64,000 bases of DNA from NCBI GenBank assembly GCA_951406725.2, contig OX597830.1, forward strand, positions 54,870,001 to 54,934,000. Reading direction: 5' to 3'. Below are positions 12,551 through 25,251 of this stretch, piece by piece. The notes below the pieces were generated by a model. That model was not told the origin of the DNA and ran no database searches. It was given only the letters and a program-made list of their open reading frames with translations. Made by a program: the position numbers and the translations under genes. Within the stretch, counting starts at the first letter, position 1. Each line of letters starts with the position of its first letter. The DNA comes from Octopus vulgaris (lineage: Eukaryota).

Positions 12551-12975
12551 AATTCATGTACAGCTCTTCTGATGGTGCATTCTGAAACCTTGAAGTCCTT
12601 TGTAAGGGCTCTGATTGACTTTCCAGGGTTGTGTTGAATTTTTTCCTTTACTTTCTGCACAAATTCTTGAGTTCTTATGGTATTAGAACCCTTTACATGT
12701 GTTTTTGCGTATAGCTGCTAATATTGGATCCCCCATCAGCAGCTTCCAGATCTTCTCTAACTTTGGCAATGAAAGATCAGACAATTTTCAAGAAGCAAGC
12801 AATTTCCGTATCTTTATGCTGAGCTTTTATGGCAGCAATTACAGCATGCCTTTTCATTTCCTTTGTTAATTTCATATCATTAATCATTAATCTGAAGAAC
12901 AAATTAAAAGAAGAATTAGTTACAAGAAAGTGAGAGCTATTTAAAGTAACGTCCTCCAAATATTGATGCACCCTG
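12551..12975 (-). mobile_element. Tc1/mariner (maT-like) 5' end and N-terminal transposase remnant
   Basis: CAGGGTGCATC terminus; EMKRHAVIAAIKAQHKDTEIACFLK..IRTQEFVQKVKEKIQHNPGKSIRALTKDFKVSECTIRRAVHE (HTH region). Same family as 51840-52660. Confidence 0.75.
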
Positions 12976-13476
12976 TGGGAGTATAAAGATGCATACAGGT
13001 AAACTGGTTTATTGGTATATTGGCTTACTGTTATATTTCTATAGCAGAACATTGGTATAATGGCATAATGGTATAAAGGTGTAATAGTATAATGATATAC
13101 AGGTGTAAGTTCTTGTAATATATATTCCTCTCTAAGACAAACTCAGAGGTCAGGGTGGCTGGGTGGCTGGTTTTGTAGTCTGTACCTGGATAGAATAGGT
13201 GGAATGGTGTAATGTGTAAATCGATGGGTGAGTTGTTGCATATATCAGTGAATAGAAAGCTGGGTAGCTGGGAGTGGCTGTGTGTGGTTGTTTGAAGGAG
13301 GTGTTCTTTGCTGTGTGTTTTACAGAACAGTAGGCTTAATATGAGATTAAGCACCCAGAAAATCTGTGTAATTCAATCTTGCATGCCATTTCAGTTGTAT
13401 TCTACATACAGACACATATACACACATATATATACATGCACATACACAAACACATGCACACATATACATGCATGTA

Positions 13477-13534
<58 letters not shown>

Positions 13535-13536
<2 letters not shown>

Positions 13537-14258
13537 TGTTGGATAATCCCAAAATATAATGTGATTTTTTTATACTTCTTTCATTTTTCAAAATTAAGAT
13601 AAACAAACTTCTTTTTTAATCTAAAGTATACTTTCCTTCATTTTCTACAATGCTCTTCCATTGATCTGGCAGACTTGCAAGGCCCTTTTTCCAAAATTCA
13701 CTTGTCCGTGATGAAAAATACTCCTCCAGTATTCTTCTGACCTTGTCTACAGAATTCGTATTTTTTCTGTCCGAATGATTTTAAAGACTGCAGAATAAAT
13801 GGCAATGTCTGGCAAATATGGTGGATGGGACATCATTTCCCATTCAAACTGCTCTACACATTTGAAACATCATCCTCACTGTATGTGGCAGAACATTATC
13901 CTGATGGAAGAACATCTTTCATCTTGAAACCAAAGCTGGTCATTTATCTTCTAGTGCTGACTCAAGCCATTCAAGCTGCTCACAGTAGATCTCCTTTGTT
14001 ATCATTTGGCTTGGGTTTGAAAGTTCAAAATGGACTAAACCTTTCATATCCCACCAAACAGATAACAACACCTTACGTGGGTGAAGCCCTTTTTTTAGCA
14101 TGGGATTCTGGTGTTTCTCCTTTCTCTACCCACTGTCTTCGGCATTTGGTGCTTTTATAAAGGACCCATTTCTGGTCACCAGTCACTATTCAGTCCCAAA
14201 AAGGTTCATTCATGAGACGTGGCAGCAAAGAAGAGCACACATTCACTCTCTGCATGCA
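13535..14258 (-). mobile_element. Decayed mariner (DD34D-type) transposase, catalytic region
   Basis: Minus-strand IVTGDQKWVLY, FHQDNVLPH, WEMMSHPPYLPDIA, FWKRGLASLPDQWKSIVENEGKY, with stops and frameshifts. Confidence 0.85.
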
Positions 14259-14632
14259 ATTAGACACACACACACACACATATATATGACGGGTGTCTTT
14301 CAGTTTCTATCTTCCAATCCACTCACAAGGCTTTGGTCAGCCTGGGGCTATAGGAATAGACACTTGTCCAAGGTGCCACGCTGTGGTACTGAGCCCATTC
14401 ATGTTTTATTTGGTAATCACAAAGTTGCACACATTGGATTTTCTAACATCCTGTTTTGCTACATGACAACACTGCAAGCAACATTCCCAGAATTTTCAAC
14501 TCTAATACGTACCTCATATCAACACAACAAGGACAACCACTACATCCTGGTTTGTAATACTGGAATAAGCAGATGCGCTTCAAGAGGACACAGCTGGGAT
14601 TTTATCTTCATTACACAAACTATATATATATA

Positions 14633-14680
<48 letters not shown>

Positions 14681-14971
14681 TGTATCTGTGTTTGTTCCCC
14701 CAACATCATTTGACAACCAATGCTGGTGTGTTTATGTCCCCGTAACTTAGCAGTTTGGTAAAATAGACTGATAGAATAAGTACTAGGCTTCCAATGAATA
14801 AGTCCTGGGGTCCATTTGCTCAACTAAAGGCGATGCTCCAGCATGGCCGCAGTCAAATGACTGAAACAGGTAAAAGAGTAAAAAAGAGAGAGTAAAAGTA
14901 TATATATATATATATAATAGCAAAACAAGAAAATGGAAATTTTTTAGTATTATTTATTCTCCATTACACAT

Positions 14972-15166
14972 GTTTCATTTGTTAATAGGAATTACAAAGA
15001 TTTGCATGTTACATAGACGTATAAGGAATTTCTTATTACAAAATAATCACACAGACAAAATTTTTAAAAAAATTATTATAAAAAATTTTCTATGTCTGAT
15101 GATTGTTTTAACAGGAAATTTCTTACACGTCGATATAACAAGTAAATCCTATTAGCAAATGAAATG
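14972..15166. repeat. ~195-bp imperfect palindrome whose arms carry hammerhead-like core motifs
   Basis: tttcatttgttaatagga.. pairs with ..tcctattagcaaatgaaa. CTGATGA at 15096 and GAAA at 15161. Confidence 0.75.
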
Positions 15167-15310
15167 TTACTATGGCTAGCAACAGTTCTGATACTTATTC
15201 ATCAGACCTTGTATACATATGTATGTATGTATATATATATATATATATATAAATATATATATATACATATATATGTATGCATGTATGTATATATATATAT
15301 ATATATATAT

Positions 15311-15423
15311 AAGAGTGCTCTACATTTTAAAACTGATGTAATACTTACATTGTTTAATTAAATGAAGTAGCATGAAACGATTTACTACACTACCTTTGGA
15401 TATCATTGTTGCATATTTTGGAG

Positions 15424-15486
<63 letters not shown>

Positions 15487-15499
15487 CTCATATCATGAG

Positions 15500-15504
<5 letters not shown>
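15311..15504 (+). repeat. Direct repeat copy 1 (5'-truncated hammerhead-containing terminal repeat)
   Basis: Near-identical to 16453-16607, including the segment after the (TA)n tract. Confidence 0.85.
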
Positions 15505-15534
<30 letters not shown>

Positions 15535-15974
15535 CACATAACATTTCTTTGTATGCTGTATAAGAAGTAGTTTGAAGTGCTTAGATTAAAACCCAAGATG
15601 CACGATATAACTACCACCAACAGTTTATTTAAACAGGATTACCTATTTTCTTGGATTAATTACATATATTTTCCAAAAAATCTAAATTCACCGCTATGAT
15701 TTTTCTTTCTTTGCTCTTTTTCGTAAGACTTTATTTTTATTCATCTTCTCATAAAGCCATATTTATTTTAAAATATTTTTTTACAATGCTGTTCCACAAC
15801 ACCTTTTAATGCGATTGTAATTCTAAACGTCTCTCTATATATCTTTATAACTTAATCTCATTCGTCTATTTACATATGTATATTAAATTTTTATATATTT
15901 ATGTATTCATAGATTTTTTAATACGCTTTAATATTTTAATGATTGATACATTCATATATATAAAAACTGATATA

Positions 15975-16186
15975 CAGGGTGATTCAAAAGTCTCCATGTA
16001 TCACCAACAGCAGGTATCACCAGATGTACTATTACGAGTTCACAATGAGTGAGGTAAACGTATTGCAATGTATTTTCAAAACAATGGTAACCATATAGAG
16101 CCTGTCAAATACAAAACTGTTCTTATAAATTGTTTCTTATTAAAAAATAAATCGTTCCTATGTATGGTGACTTTTGAATCACCCTG
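15975..16186. mobile_element. Tc1/mariner-type MITE
   Basis: TIRs CAGGGTGATTCAAAAGTC / GACTTTTGAATCACCCTG, flanked by TA on both sides. Confidence 0.9.
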
Positions 16187-16444
16187 TACATTGATCCATT
16201 GTGCAATATATGTTTATATAAATTGTTGAATCTATTTGAACTCTCCTTAACATTTTTAGATATATATAAACACATACATACAATATATATATATATATAT
16301 AGGTTCAGATGAATATGGTACTTAAGTTAAAGGTACCAGAATTTGGTATGGTATTATCATATAAATCAAATGGGGTGATTATAATCAAAATAAGCAACAA
16401 GGATATCCAAAGGTAGTGTAAATTTAAATTTTAAAAATTCCATA

Positions 16445-16530
16445 TGTGGCTGAAGAGTGCTCTACATTTTAAAACTGATGTAATACTTACATTGTTTAAT
16501 TAAATGAAGTAGCATGAAACGATTGTACCT
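16445..16530 (+). ncRNA. Type I hammerhead ribozyme-like motif with long stem II
   Basis: tgtgg-CTGAAGA(16450)-long hairpin (gtgct/agcat; tgatgtaa/ttacattg)-GAAAC-gatt-GTA-cc. Stem I is shortened by a deletion relative to copy 1. Confidence 0.6.
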
Positions 16531-16556
16531 TTGGATATCATTGTTGCTTATTTTGG

Positions 16557-16589
<33 letters not shown>

Positions 16590-16602
16590 CTCATATCATG
16601 AG

Positions 16603-17592
16603 TTCTATTTTTGATGGTGCAAGGTCAGGGCTATATGGTGGCTGTGACATCACTTCCCAGCCAAACACTAATAATTTTTCACAAGCTAGCAAAGACATGT
16701 GTGGTCTTGCATTGTCATGGTGGAATACGATTTGGCTGTTTTTCTTTGATATGCTTCCTCCATTTTCATTAGTTGTTGACACTAAAGATCTGAATTGATC
16801 ATTTGGTTCCTTTGAAGCAGCTCAAAAACACAACACTTTTGTAATCCCATCAAATTGAGAGTATGACCACTTTTTTGATGCAGTTCAGCTTTTGATGTGG
16901 TTTGTACTGGTTTATTACACTTGGACCATGGTCATTTTCAATCAATGTTATTGTAGACAATCCACTTTTCATCACCAATGATTTATTTCCAAAAGAAGTC
17001 GATTTTATTGTGTTTGAGATGCATATCGCAAATATTGATTTATTGTGTTGAGTGAATCTCTTTCAATTCATGTGGAACCCAAATATCGAGCTCCTTAAGG
17101 AGTCCAAGACATTTTAAGTGAATTTCAATTGTTGTATATTATACATTTAACCTCTCTGCAATCTCTCACACAATTATATTACAATCAGACTCAATCATGG
17201 CTTTGATTCGGTCATCATCAACCAGAACATTGATCATCTTTTGAGTGAAAAAGCTCCAGAACAGAATTTTTAAAACCATTTCTGACATGTATGTTCTGTT
17301 AAGCAATCAATTCCATAAACTCCCTTTGTGAGCCTCAGCAGCTTTCTTGCCTTTAAGGAAATAAAAAATGCAAAATATGGCACAAATGTTCGTTTTTGCA
17401 GTCCATTTTAAAATTGACATTGAACTAACAGCTGTAAACAAAATTACACACAATTTGCTTGTAAAATAAGCTAAAAGTAACGGGGTATCAAATGTCAAAA
17501 GGAAAAAATCATAATATTGACATAAGTCATTCAAAAAAATCGTAACTCTGTCTATTTTTGAAAAAAGAAATTCCTTTCTTGCCAGCCCAACA
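16603..17592 (-). mobile_element. Decayed mariner element, 3'-truncated
   Basis: N-terminal KGKKAAEAHK, IIGDEKWIVYNN, IVFHHDNARPH..GWEVMSQPPYSPDLAPS; TIR-like ttgggctggcaagaaagg at 17592. Confidence 0.88.
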
Positions 17593-18638
17593 GATATAGA
17601 CATAGTGTCATTCTGCTCATAAAAATAACATACAACAGTTCAATTATGGCTTTTTTATTGTCAGTTAAATAATTAATCTAACCAACTTGTCATTCAGTCA
17701 AGATTTATGGGTGTAGTTCTATATTTGAAGAGGTGGAGGGGAGAACAATGTAGATGTGTGTGTGGGAGCATCTGTGTGTATGTTTGTATGTGTTCGTTCT
17801 TGTGTGTGTGTGTACTTACACGTATGTGTATGTGCATGCATGTAGTTACATCTGTGCACGAATCTGTATGTGTGTATATGTGAGGCATCTGTGCATGTAT
17901 ATGTGTGTGTGGTCGTGTGTTTTAGTATTCCTGTGTGTGTATGTTTACACGTGTGTGTGTATGTGTTTGTGTGTATGTGTTTGTGTGTGTGTGTGTGTGT
18001 GTGTCTGTGTGTCTGTGTGTGTGTGTGCATGTACATGTATATGTGAATGGTTGTGTACTGGAATTGTTCATAACTACACGCATCTATGTGTATAGATTTC
18101 CTTGTATCCTACTGACAGACAAAGTAGGATTAGAATGACACTATAAAGTGGTTGGCATTAATAAGGGCATCCAGCCATAGAAACCATGCCAAATATAACT
18201 TTGAACTTTGACACAGCTCTGCAGCTTGCTTGTTCCTTGTTCCCTGTAAGACCATCCTATCCATGTCAGCATCGGAAGCAATGTTAAACGATGATCATTT
18301 TTTTATTGTTTTTGTTCTATTTCGATTCTTTGTTGTTTTATGGTTATTTTCAATGGTCTTTTATTATCAGTGGATAACATACTGTTTAATTCATTTGCTT
18401 GTTTTTTATATTATATTATATTTTATTTTCTATTTTTGTTACTTTGTCAGTTATCTTATTGCTTATATAAGAAGTGTTATAATCAACTTCTTTGTGTAGA
18501 TGTATAACCCATCCACACCTGTCATGCACAACAACTGTTTACACAGCAATTTACCTGTGAGGCACTGGTGCCCAATGGGTTGTAATGATCATAGTGATTA
18601 ATAGCCATTTTCTTTCTCTCATATTTTTATAAACTCTA

Positions 18639-18803
18639 CAGGCTCTGTATGGTAAGTAGCTTGCTAACCAACCACATGGTTCCGGGTTCATTCCCACTGC
18701 GTGGCACCTTGGGCAAGTGTCTTCTACTATAGCCCCGGAGCTGACCAAAGCCTTGTGAGTGGATTTGGTAGACAGAAACTGAAAGAAGCCCGTCGTACAT
18801 ATG

Positions 18804-18864
<61 letters not shown>

Positions 18865-19056
18865 CCCCCCAACATCGCTTGACAACCGATGGTGGTGTGT
18901 TTACATTCCCGTAACTTAGCAGTTCAGCAAAAGAAACCGATAGAATAAGTACTAGGCTTCCAAAGAATAAGTCCTGAGGTTGATTTGCTCGACTAAAGGC
19001 GGTGCTCCAGCATGGCCACAGTCAAATGACTGAAACAAGTAAAAGTGTAAAAGAGT
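18639..19056 (+). mobile_element. SINE family A, near full length, with internal (TA)/(TG) microsatellite
   Basis: Head ggtaagtagcttgc..gggttcattccc, CORE-like accttgggcaagt, tail ..ccagcatggccacagtcaaatgactgaaacaagtaaaag. Confidence 0.85.
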
Positions 19057-19669
19057 GTATCTATCAAGCAGCCAAATGCCTGGAAACTAATTTTACCTCG
19101 TTAAAACCTTATCAGTTGAAAAGTTACAGCAACAGACTAAACCTACCTGGTCATTTAAACATCATCAAACCTTACCTTTCCCTCCTCTCTCCGTCTCTCA
19201 CACAATTACTCACCTTCCTTCTGTCTACCACTCTCACTTCCTTTCTTTCTATCTCTCCCTATCTCGCTCTATCTCTTTCACTAGCTCTCTCTCTCTCTCA
19301 TGTTACACCTTAGGTGGGTTAGGTCAGTTGGAAAGTTATAGAAACAGTAATGTTATTATCAGTCAGAAACAGTAGTTGTGGTGGTGGTGGTGGTGGTGGT
19401 GGTGGTGGTGGCGGCGGCAGGGGCAGTTGTGGTGGAAGGCTGTTATAAGGTACATGGTGCTTGCACACCTTAAACAAATTCCACCACCACCACCTCCACC
19501 ACTAATAACAATTACACACAGCCACCATCACAAACACTATCATCAATAATACCACCACCACCACCACTTGAAACCAGGAAACTTTACAATCTCAAGTGTT
19601 GGAATGCGAAGAATGTTGCAACAGAGTTATATAAAAATTAACTTATTCATTTTCTATTTATATATCATT

Positions 19670-20015
<346 letters not shown>

Positions 20016-20180
20016 ATTGTGTGCTTGTGTGTTTGTGCATTTGTGTATCTCTACACCTCTTCTGTAACATCAAATTGTCCCCCACTCCGTGCTGAAGAGT
20101 CTTTTATTTGAACAAACAGATGAAAGACAAGAGAACTTCAGATCCAGATTGTACAGTGGGTAGGAGATGACTGGCTAATC

Positions 20181-20448
20181 CAGTGGTCCTCAACCAAGGT
20201 CCACAATACCTTGGAGTGCTGGCAGGTTGTTAACATCCATTTGTTGTTAACATCCATTTACAATAAATTGGTTATATTTCTACAATACACAAAATATTTT
20301 GACAATTTTTTAAAAATTCAATTTCTAATAATATTTAATCATAAAAAAAATATAATAGGATCTTTTAAACACTGAATTGCAATGAGGGTCTACCCAAGTA
20401 AAATATGAATCAGAGGGTCCATAGGCAAAAAAATGGTTTGAACCACTG
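20181..20448. mobile_element. hAT-type MITE
   Basis: TIR CAGTGGTCCTCAACC / GGTTTGAACCACTG; 8-bp TSD ggctaatc / gactaatc. Confidence 0.8.
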
Positions 20449-20472
20449 GACTAATCTAACCTACCCATTGCA

Positions 20473-20790
20473 TGGAGGCACATAGCCTAGTGGTTAGAGC
20501 AGCAGACTCGCGGTTGAGGGATTGCAGGTTCGAATCTCAAACTGGGCGATGTCTGTGTTTATGAGCAAAAACACCTAAGCTCCACACGGTTCCAGCAGAA
20601 GGTAATGACGAACTTCTGCTGACTCTTTTCGCCATAACTTTCTCTTACTCTTTCTTCCTGCACCTTGCAGCTCACCTGTGATGGATCGGTGTCCCATCCA
20701 GGTGGGGAACCTATATGCCAAGGAAATCGGGAAACCGGCCCTTTGAGCCAGGGATGGCTCGAGAAGGAACAAACAAACAAACAAACAAAC
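20473..20790 (+). mobile_element. tRNA-derived SINE family D copy with (AAAC)n tail
   Basis: A box tagcctagtgg, B box ggttcgaatct, central cctgtgatggatcggtgtcccatccagg domain. Confidence 0.8.
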
Positions 20791-20896
20791 ATTGCATGAT
20801 TTGCTGTCAAAGATGCATGTAGCCACACATTATTATGGCTAATGTGCATCATTTCCAGAATCTTATTTGGTTTCTTCTTCCTAATGGCTTCTCTAA

Positions 20897-21116
20897 CCTT
20901 TCAGCATTCACCTTATTCTATCTAATGTAATGCTTATTTGTTCACATTGTTTTGAATTGATCATGCCTTATCATGTAACTTTGAGATTTTGATGAAGTAA
21001 CTGTTAATTTTTAGAATGATATTGTAGGGTTGGTGTGAGAAGCCAAATCTGGCTAGTTTGAGCATATAAGAGGCAGAATACTTTGGCCGGATACGGCCGG
21101 TATAAATACTAAAGGG
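20897..21116. mobile_element. piggyBac-like MITE (second family)
   Basis: Imperfect TIR cctttcagcatt / aatactaaaggg, flanked by CTAA on both sides. Confidence 0.65.
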
Positions 21117-21359
21117 CTAAACTTTTTGAGCATTTCAATGTATTTCTCACTGTTTCGGTTACTGCCATGTTACAGAAAATCAAGTAGAGTGATGTCCTTG
21201 TCCTCCTCAAAAGAGTCGTCGTGATTTTGAGTCAACCACAGGCACTTGGAGAAGATGTATGATGCCATTCCATTTCCAAGTAATAAATATATTCCTACAT
21301 TTCATTCTCTGTGACCAAATCAGGTAAAGAAGAACAAATGCTCATCTTTATGACTGCTA

Positions 21360-21665
21360 ATGTATCTAGCAGATCATTGCACACCTCCAGTCTTCTCCAT
21401 ATCTTTTTATACACGCTTGCATCTTCTCCTTTCCGTAATCTTCATGGCTACAAATGCATCTAGCAGATTATTGCACACCTCCAGCCTTCTCCCACTTAAA
21501 TCTGTCATCATCTGGAAATACACCTACTTTATACATACTTGCACTTTCTGTCTCCTGTAATCTTCATGGCTCCAAAAGCATCTAACTGATTATTACACAC
21601 CTTCAACCTTCTCCCATTTGATCTCTCATCATCTGCAAATAAATCTACTTTCCACACACTTACAC
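21360..21665. repeat. Degenerate tandem triplication (94- and 123-bp periods)
   Basis: gcatctagcagattattgcacacctccagccttctccc recurs at ~21362, 21456 and 21579. Confidence 0.8.
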
Positions 21666-21679
21666 CGTCTCTCTTCTGT

Positions 21680-22000
21680 GATGCATTATGACCACAGTGC
21701 AAGCTGTGTGGCAAGCTCACAGACTGTGACTTGCCTGTTTGTGCAAATCAGTTCATCCACACACTTGTGGATCATGTCAGTAGTTGGAAGTCAATGACTG
21801 CATGGTTTGTCTTCGAAGCTGTCTCCCCGCCTCCCGCTTCTTAAAACTTACTCCTTTATCTGTACACGTTGCTCTTGTCAACGATGTCATCTCCATAAAC
21901 AAGCTGTCACTTTCAATGGGATATTGGACAGCTCAGCTTGCCCTCTTCCTTCCACAGGAACTCAATGGCGTAATGCTGCTTCTTTCTTGAACCCGTTACT
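21680..22000 (-). mobile_element. Mariner transposase N-terminal HTH remnant
   Basis: KQHYAIEFLWKE..QLVYGDDIVDKSNVYR..FEDKPCS..VDELICTNRQVTVCELATQL. Confidence 0.7.
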
Positions 22001-22160
22001 TGCCTGCAAAGAAGAAAAACAAGGAAGAAAGAAGAGTTACTGTAAAGTGAAGGCTTATTCTATCAACATGTACAATTCGAACAACCTTTGTCAGTTTATG
22101 AAAAAACGTTAGGCTGACTTTTGTGTTAATTTCAGGATGACACTTGTGTATGTGTGAGTT

Positions 22161-22197
<37 letters not shown>

Positions 22198-22337
22198 ATA
22201 TAAACATAAATGTATGTGTGTGTATACATGCATATATATATATATATACACACATACATACATACATACACACACAAATATATACATAGATACATACATA
22301 CCCACACACACACACACACATATATATATACACACAT

Positions 22338-22545
22338 AAGGGGTGCTGAATAGTTCGTGGGTTTGGGTAAAAGAAAATACAGGAGTTAATTATGACTTCA
22401 TTCAACATATTCCCCTCTCAGATTTACACACTTATTGCGATGGTCCTTCAGTTTTTTTAAGCCCAGTAAAAGAACCTGGGATGTTGGGCCACTAACTAGG
22501 CTTTTCATGATACCATTAAAGCCAGGAACTTTTCAGCACCCCATC
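22338..22545. mobile_element. Mariner-derived MITE
   Basis: TIR ggggtgctgaatagttcgtgg / ccaggaacttttcagcacccc, in TA-rich flanks. Confidence 0.85.
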
Positions 22546-22560
22546 ATATATATATATATG

Positions 22561-24043
22561 TACCTGGTAATTCCTGGAAAAGCGGGGCTTATCCCTGGGT
22601 TCCATTTTCATAACTGTTTCACTAATCCAGTAGCAACAATACAAAGTATGTAGCCCTTAAAACGGTTTTTGTCCATTTATTGAGAATACTGAACTGTCTT
22701 ACACAGGATCTTGTTTTTAGAAATTCCCAATAAGTTATGAATACCCAAACTGTGAAGTCAGTTATGTAATAACCAAATGTGGAATTGCTTTGACCTCCCA
22801 TAGCATGCACTTGGGTGTCCAGGTTAAGTAATGCCTTATTATAAATGGCGTTATTGAACATGGCAATTTCCGCTGAGGTTTGCCTTTGAATCCTTTCTAG
22901 ATGTCCTCTGCAACACTGGTTTTGAGGATCACCCAAAGCTTGGGTGGTTCACACAAGCCTTATGTCATCAACATGATAGAAAATAGCTGACACAGTTGAC
23001 TTAGTGCTGTGTTGACTGCTGCCTCCTCCAGTGTCTGGTCCCAGTAAGCATCATCCTCTAGGTGTCCATGTTTGGTGCAGGCTTCTCTATAGGTCATGCA
23101 GACTTCCCATTCTGTATTCAAAAGTCTGTGAATAATGTAGGACCTCTGACAGTGTGTAGCAGTAGATGCAGAAAGAAGTACTACTGCTGTTTAGGGTGCA
23201 TGGTGTACACCCGTCCGATGACCCCACTTCTGAAGACAGCATCTTCTTCCCAGCCCTCAATGCATGTTCCTTGCTTGCATCTGTTCAATCTATTGCATGC
23301 CCAGGTATAGTACACGGGGATCTCTACATACAACAGTTTTCGGGCAAACAGATCACATTGGCATAATTTGAAGAAAGCTGTCAAAGTGGTTTCTCATGGA
23401 TTCAGTACTACGTTTTGAGCATTGTCTTCTGTGAAATATACATGCTGGCCATTTTCAAGATGTACAGATAGATCTTAAGAAGATGTTCCTACATGCAAAC
23501 AGGTTGTGACCTTTGTGTTGGCAGTGAATTTGTCTAAATGCAGAACATGTCAATTGGCTGAAGTGACATGAAAGGCATTGTCATTCATGGTATATTCGTG
23601 AATAAGTCCCTAAGTGATAAGTGGATCACTTAGTGAATCTGTTGTGGATCTATTGTTTAGATCTAAGTGGATCTAATAATGTTTAGTAAAATACTATTCA
23701 CTTGTTTAAGGGTGTACTAGATAGATTGTGAAAATAACTCTAACAGTTCAAATACTAAGAAATAAGCATACTCAATTTGATTTATACCAAATAATATAGG
23801 AAAGTGAATGGGTTATTTACCTTGGCTGTTGAAATAAAATATATTAGTTATATATAAGGATCCCTTCCAGGGGCCCTATTATCGATTTTTTAAAAAATAA
23901 TCTGAGTATGCCATGAGGTTTCTAGATACGAGTTCCACTCAAGTGTCAAGTTTTATCAAAATTGATACAATGATGTAGGAGGAGTTAGCTAACAACTCCT
24001 CAAACAAACACACCCGCAGACAGAATTTTCCACATATGTAGTA

Positions 24044-24045
<2 letters not shown>
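22561..24045 (-). mobile_element. Internally deleted Helitron with Rep-helicase remnant (~22740-23470)
   Basis: Minus-strand VHLENG..VYFTEDNA..TTLTAFFKLCQCDLFARKLLYVEIPVYYTW..GRVYTMHP..LLLHTVRGPT..YREAC..LEDDAYWDQTLEEAA. Putative 5' TC terminus (TCTACTAC) at 24045. The 3' end is uncertain. Confidence 0.85.
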
Positions 24046-24083
<38 letters not shown>

Positions 24084-24136
24084 TGATGATGATGATGATG
24101 ATGATGATGATGGTAATGATGGTATGAAATGATGAT

Positions 24137-24225
24137 GAAATGGCTTTTCTGATAAATTTTCCACTTTAATAAAACTTATAAAAATCTAATTATTAAAGTG
24201 AAAAAATTATCAGAAAAGCCATTTC
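24137..24225. repeat. Near-perfect 36-bp inverted repeat hairpin
   Basis: gaaatggcttttctgataaattttccactttaataa / ttattaaagtgaaaaaattatcagaaaagccatttc. Confidence 0.92.
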
Positions 24226-24382
24226 TATTCATTTTTTCAAATATATAATATTGTACCAATGGTTTCTTAATCAACTATATATATATATATACATATATAT
24301 CTTTATATATATATATATGGAAGCACTCCGTCGGTTACGACGACGAGGGTTCCGGTTGATCTGATCAACAGAACAGCCTGCT

Positions 24383-24417
<35 letters not shown>

Positions 24418-24759
24418 AATCTCTCTATCAATCTATCAGTCTAGCTGCATATAAATCTATCAATTTTTCTAACTATATACCACAACTGCCACCATTATCC
24501 TCACTACCACTCAACTACAACCACCACTATAACTGTCTCCATAGCAACCATCAATATTTAGCGATGAGATAATGAAAGACCAGGAGGATTGATGATGAGA
24601 TGGCAAACATGGCCAACCCGTGTCAGCATGGGGAAACAGATGTTAATTGATTATAATGATGATGATGGTGATGATGGCAGTAGTGGTGGTGGTGGTAGTG
24701 GTGATGGTGATAGTGGTGGCAGTAATAATGACAACAAAGATTATCATTATCCTCACCAA

Positions 24760-24795
<36 letters not shown>

Positions 24796-24980
24796 TATCA
24801 TCATCATCAGCTTGCACTCAAATCGCATGCAGCTTCTTATAAAAAGGGCATGTTAGATAATGTGGTCATGGTTTTTCTTCAGCGAAGGTCACAGTTGGAA
24901 TGCCCTTTGATCATAGATTGGATGATCAGAGCAGCTCTTGATTTGAGGGAATATGGGTGGGGAGAGTTAAACAGCAACAA

Positions 24981-25251
<271 letters not shown>

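Noticed and set aside
14100-14750. 216-aa plus-strand ORF
   Set aside because: Chimera of antisense mariner, SINE and microsatellite sequence.
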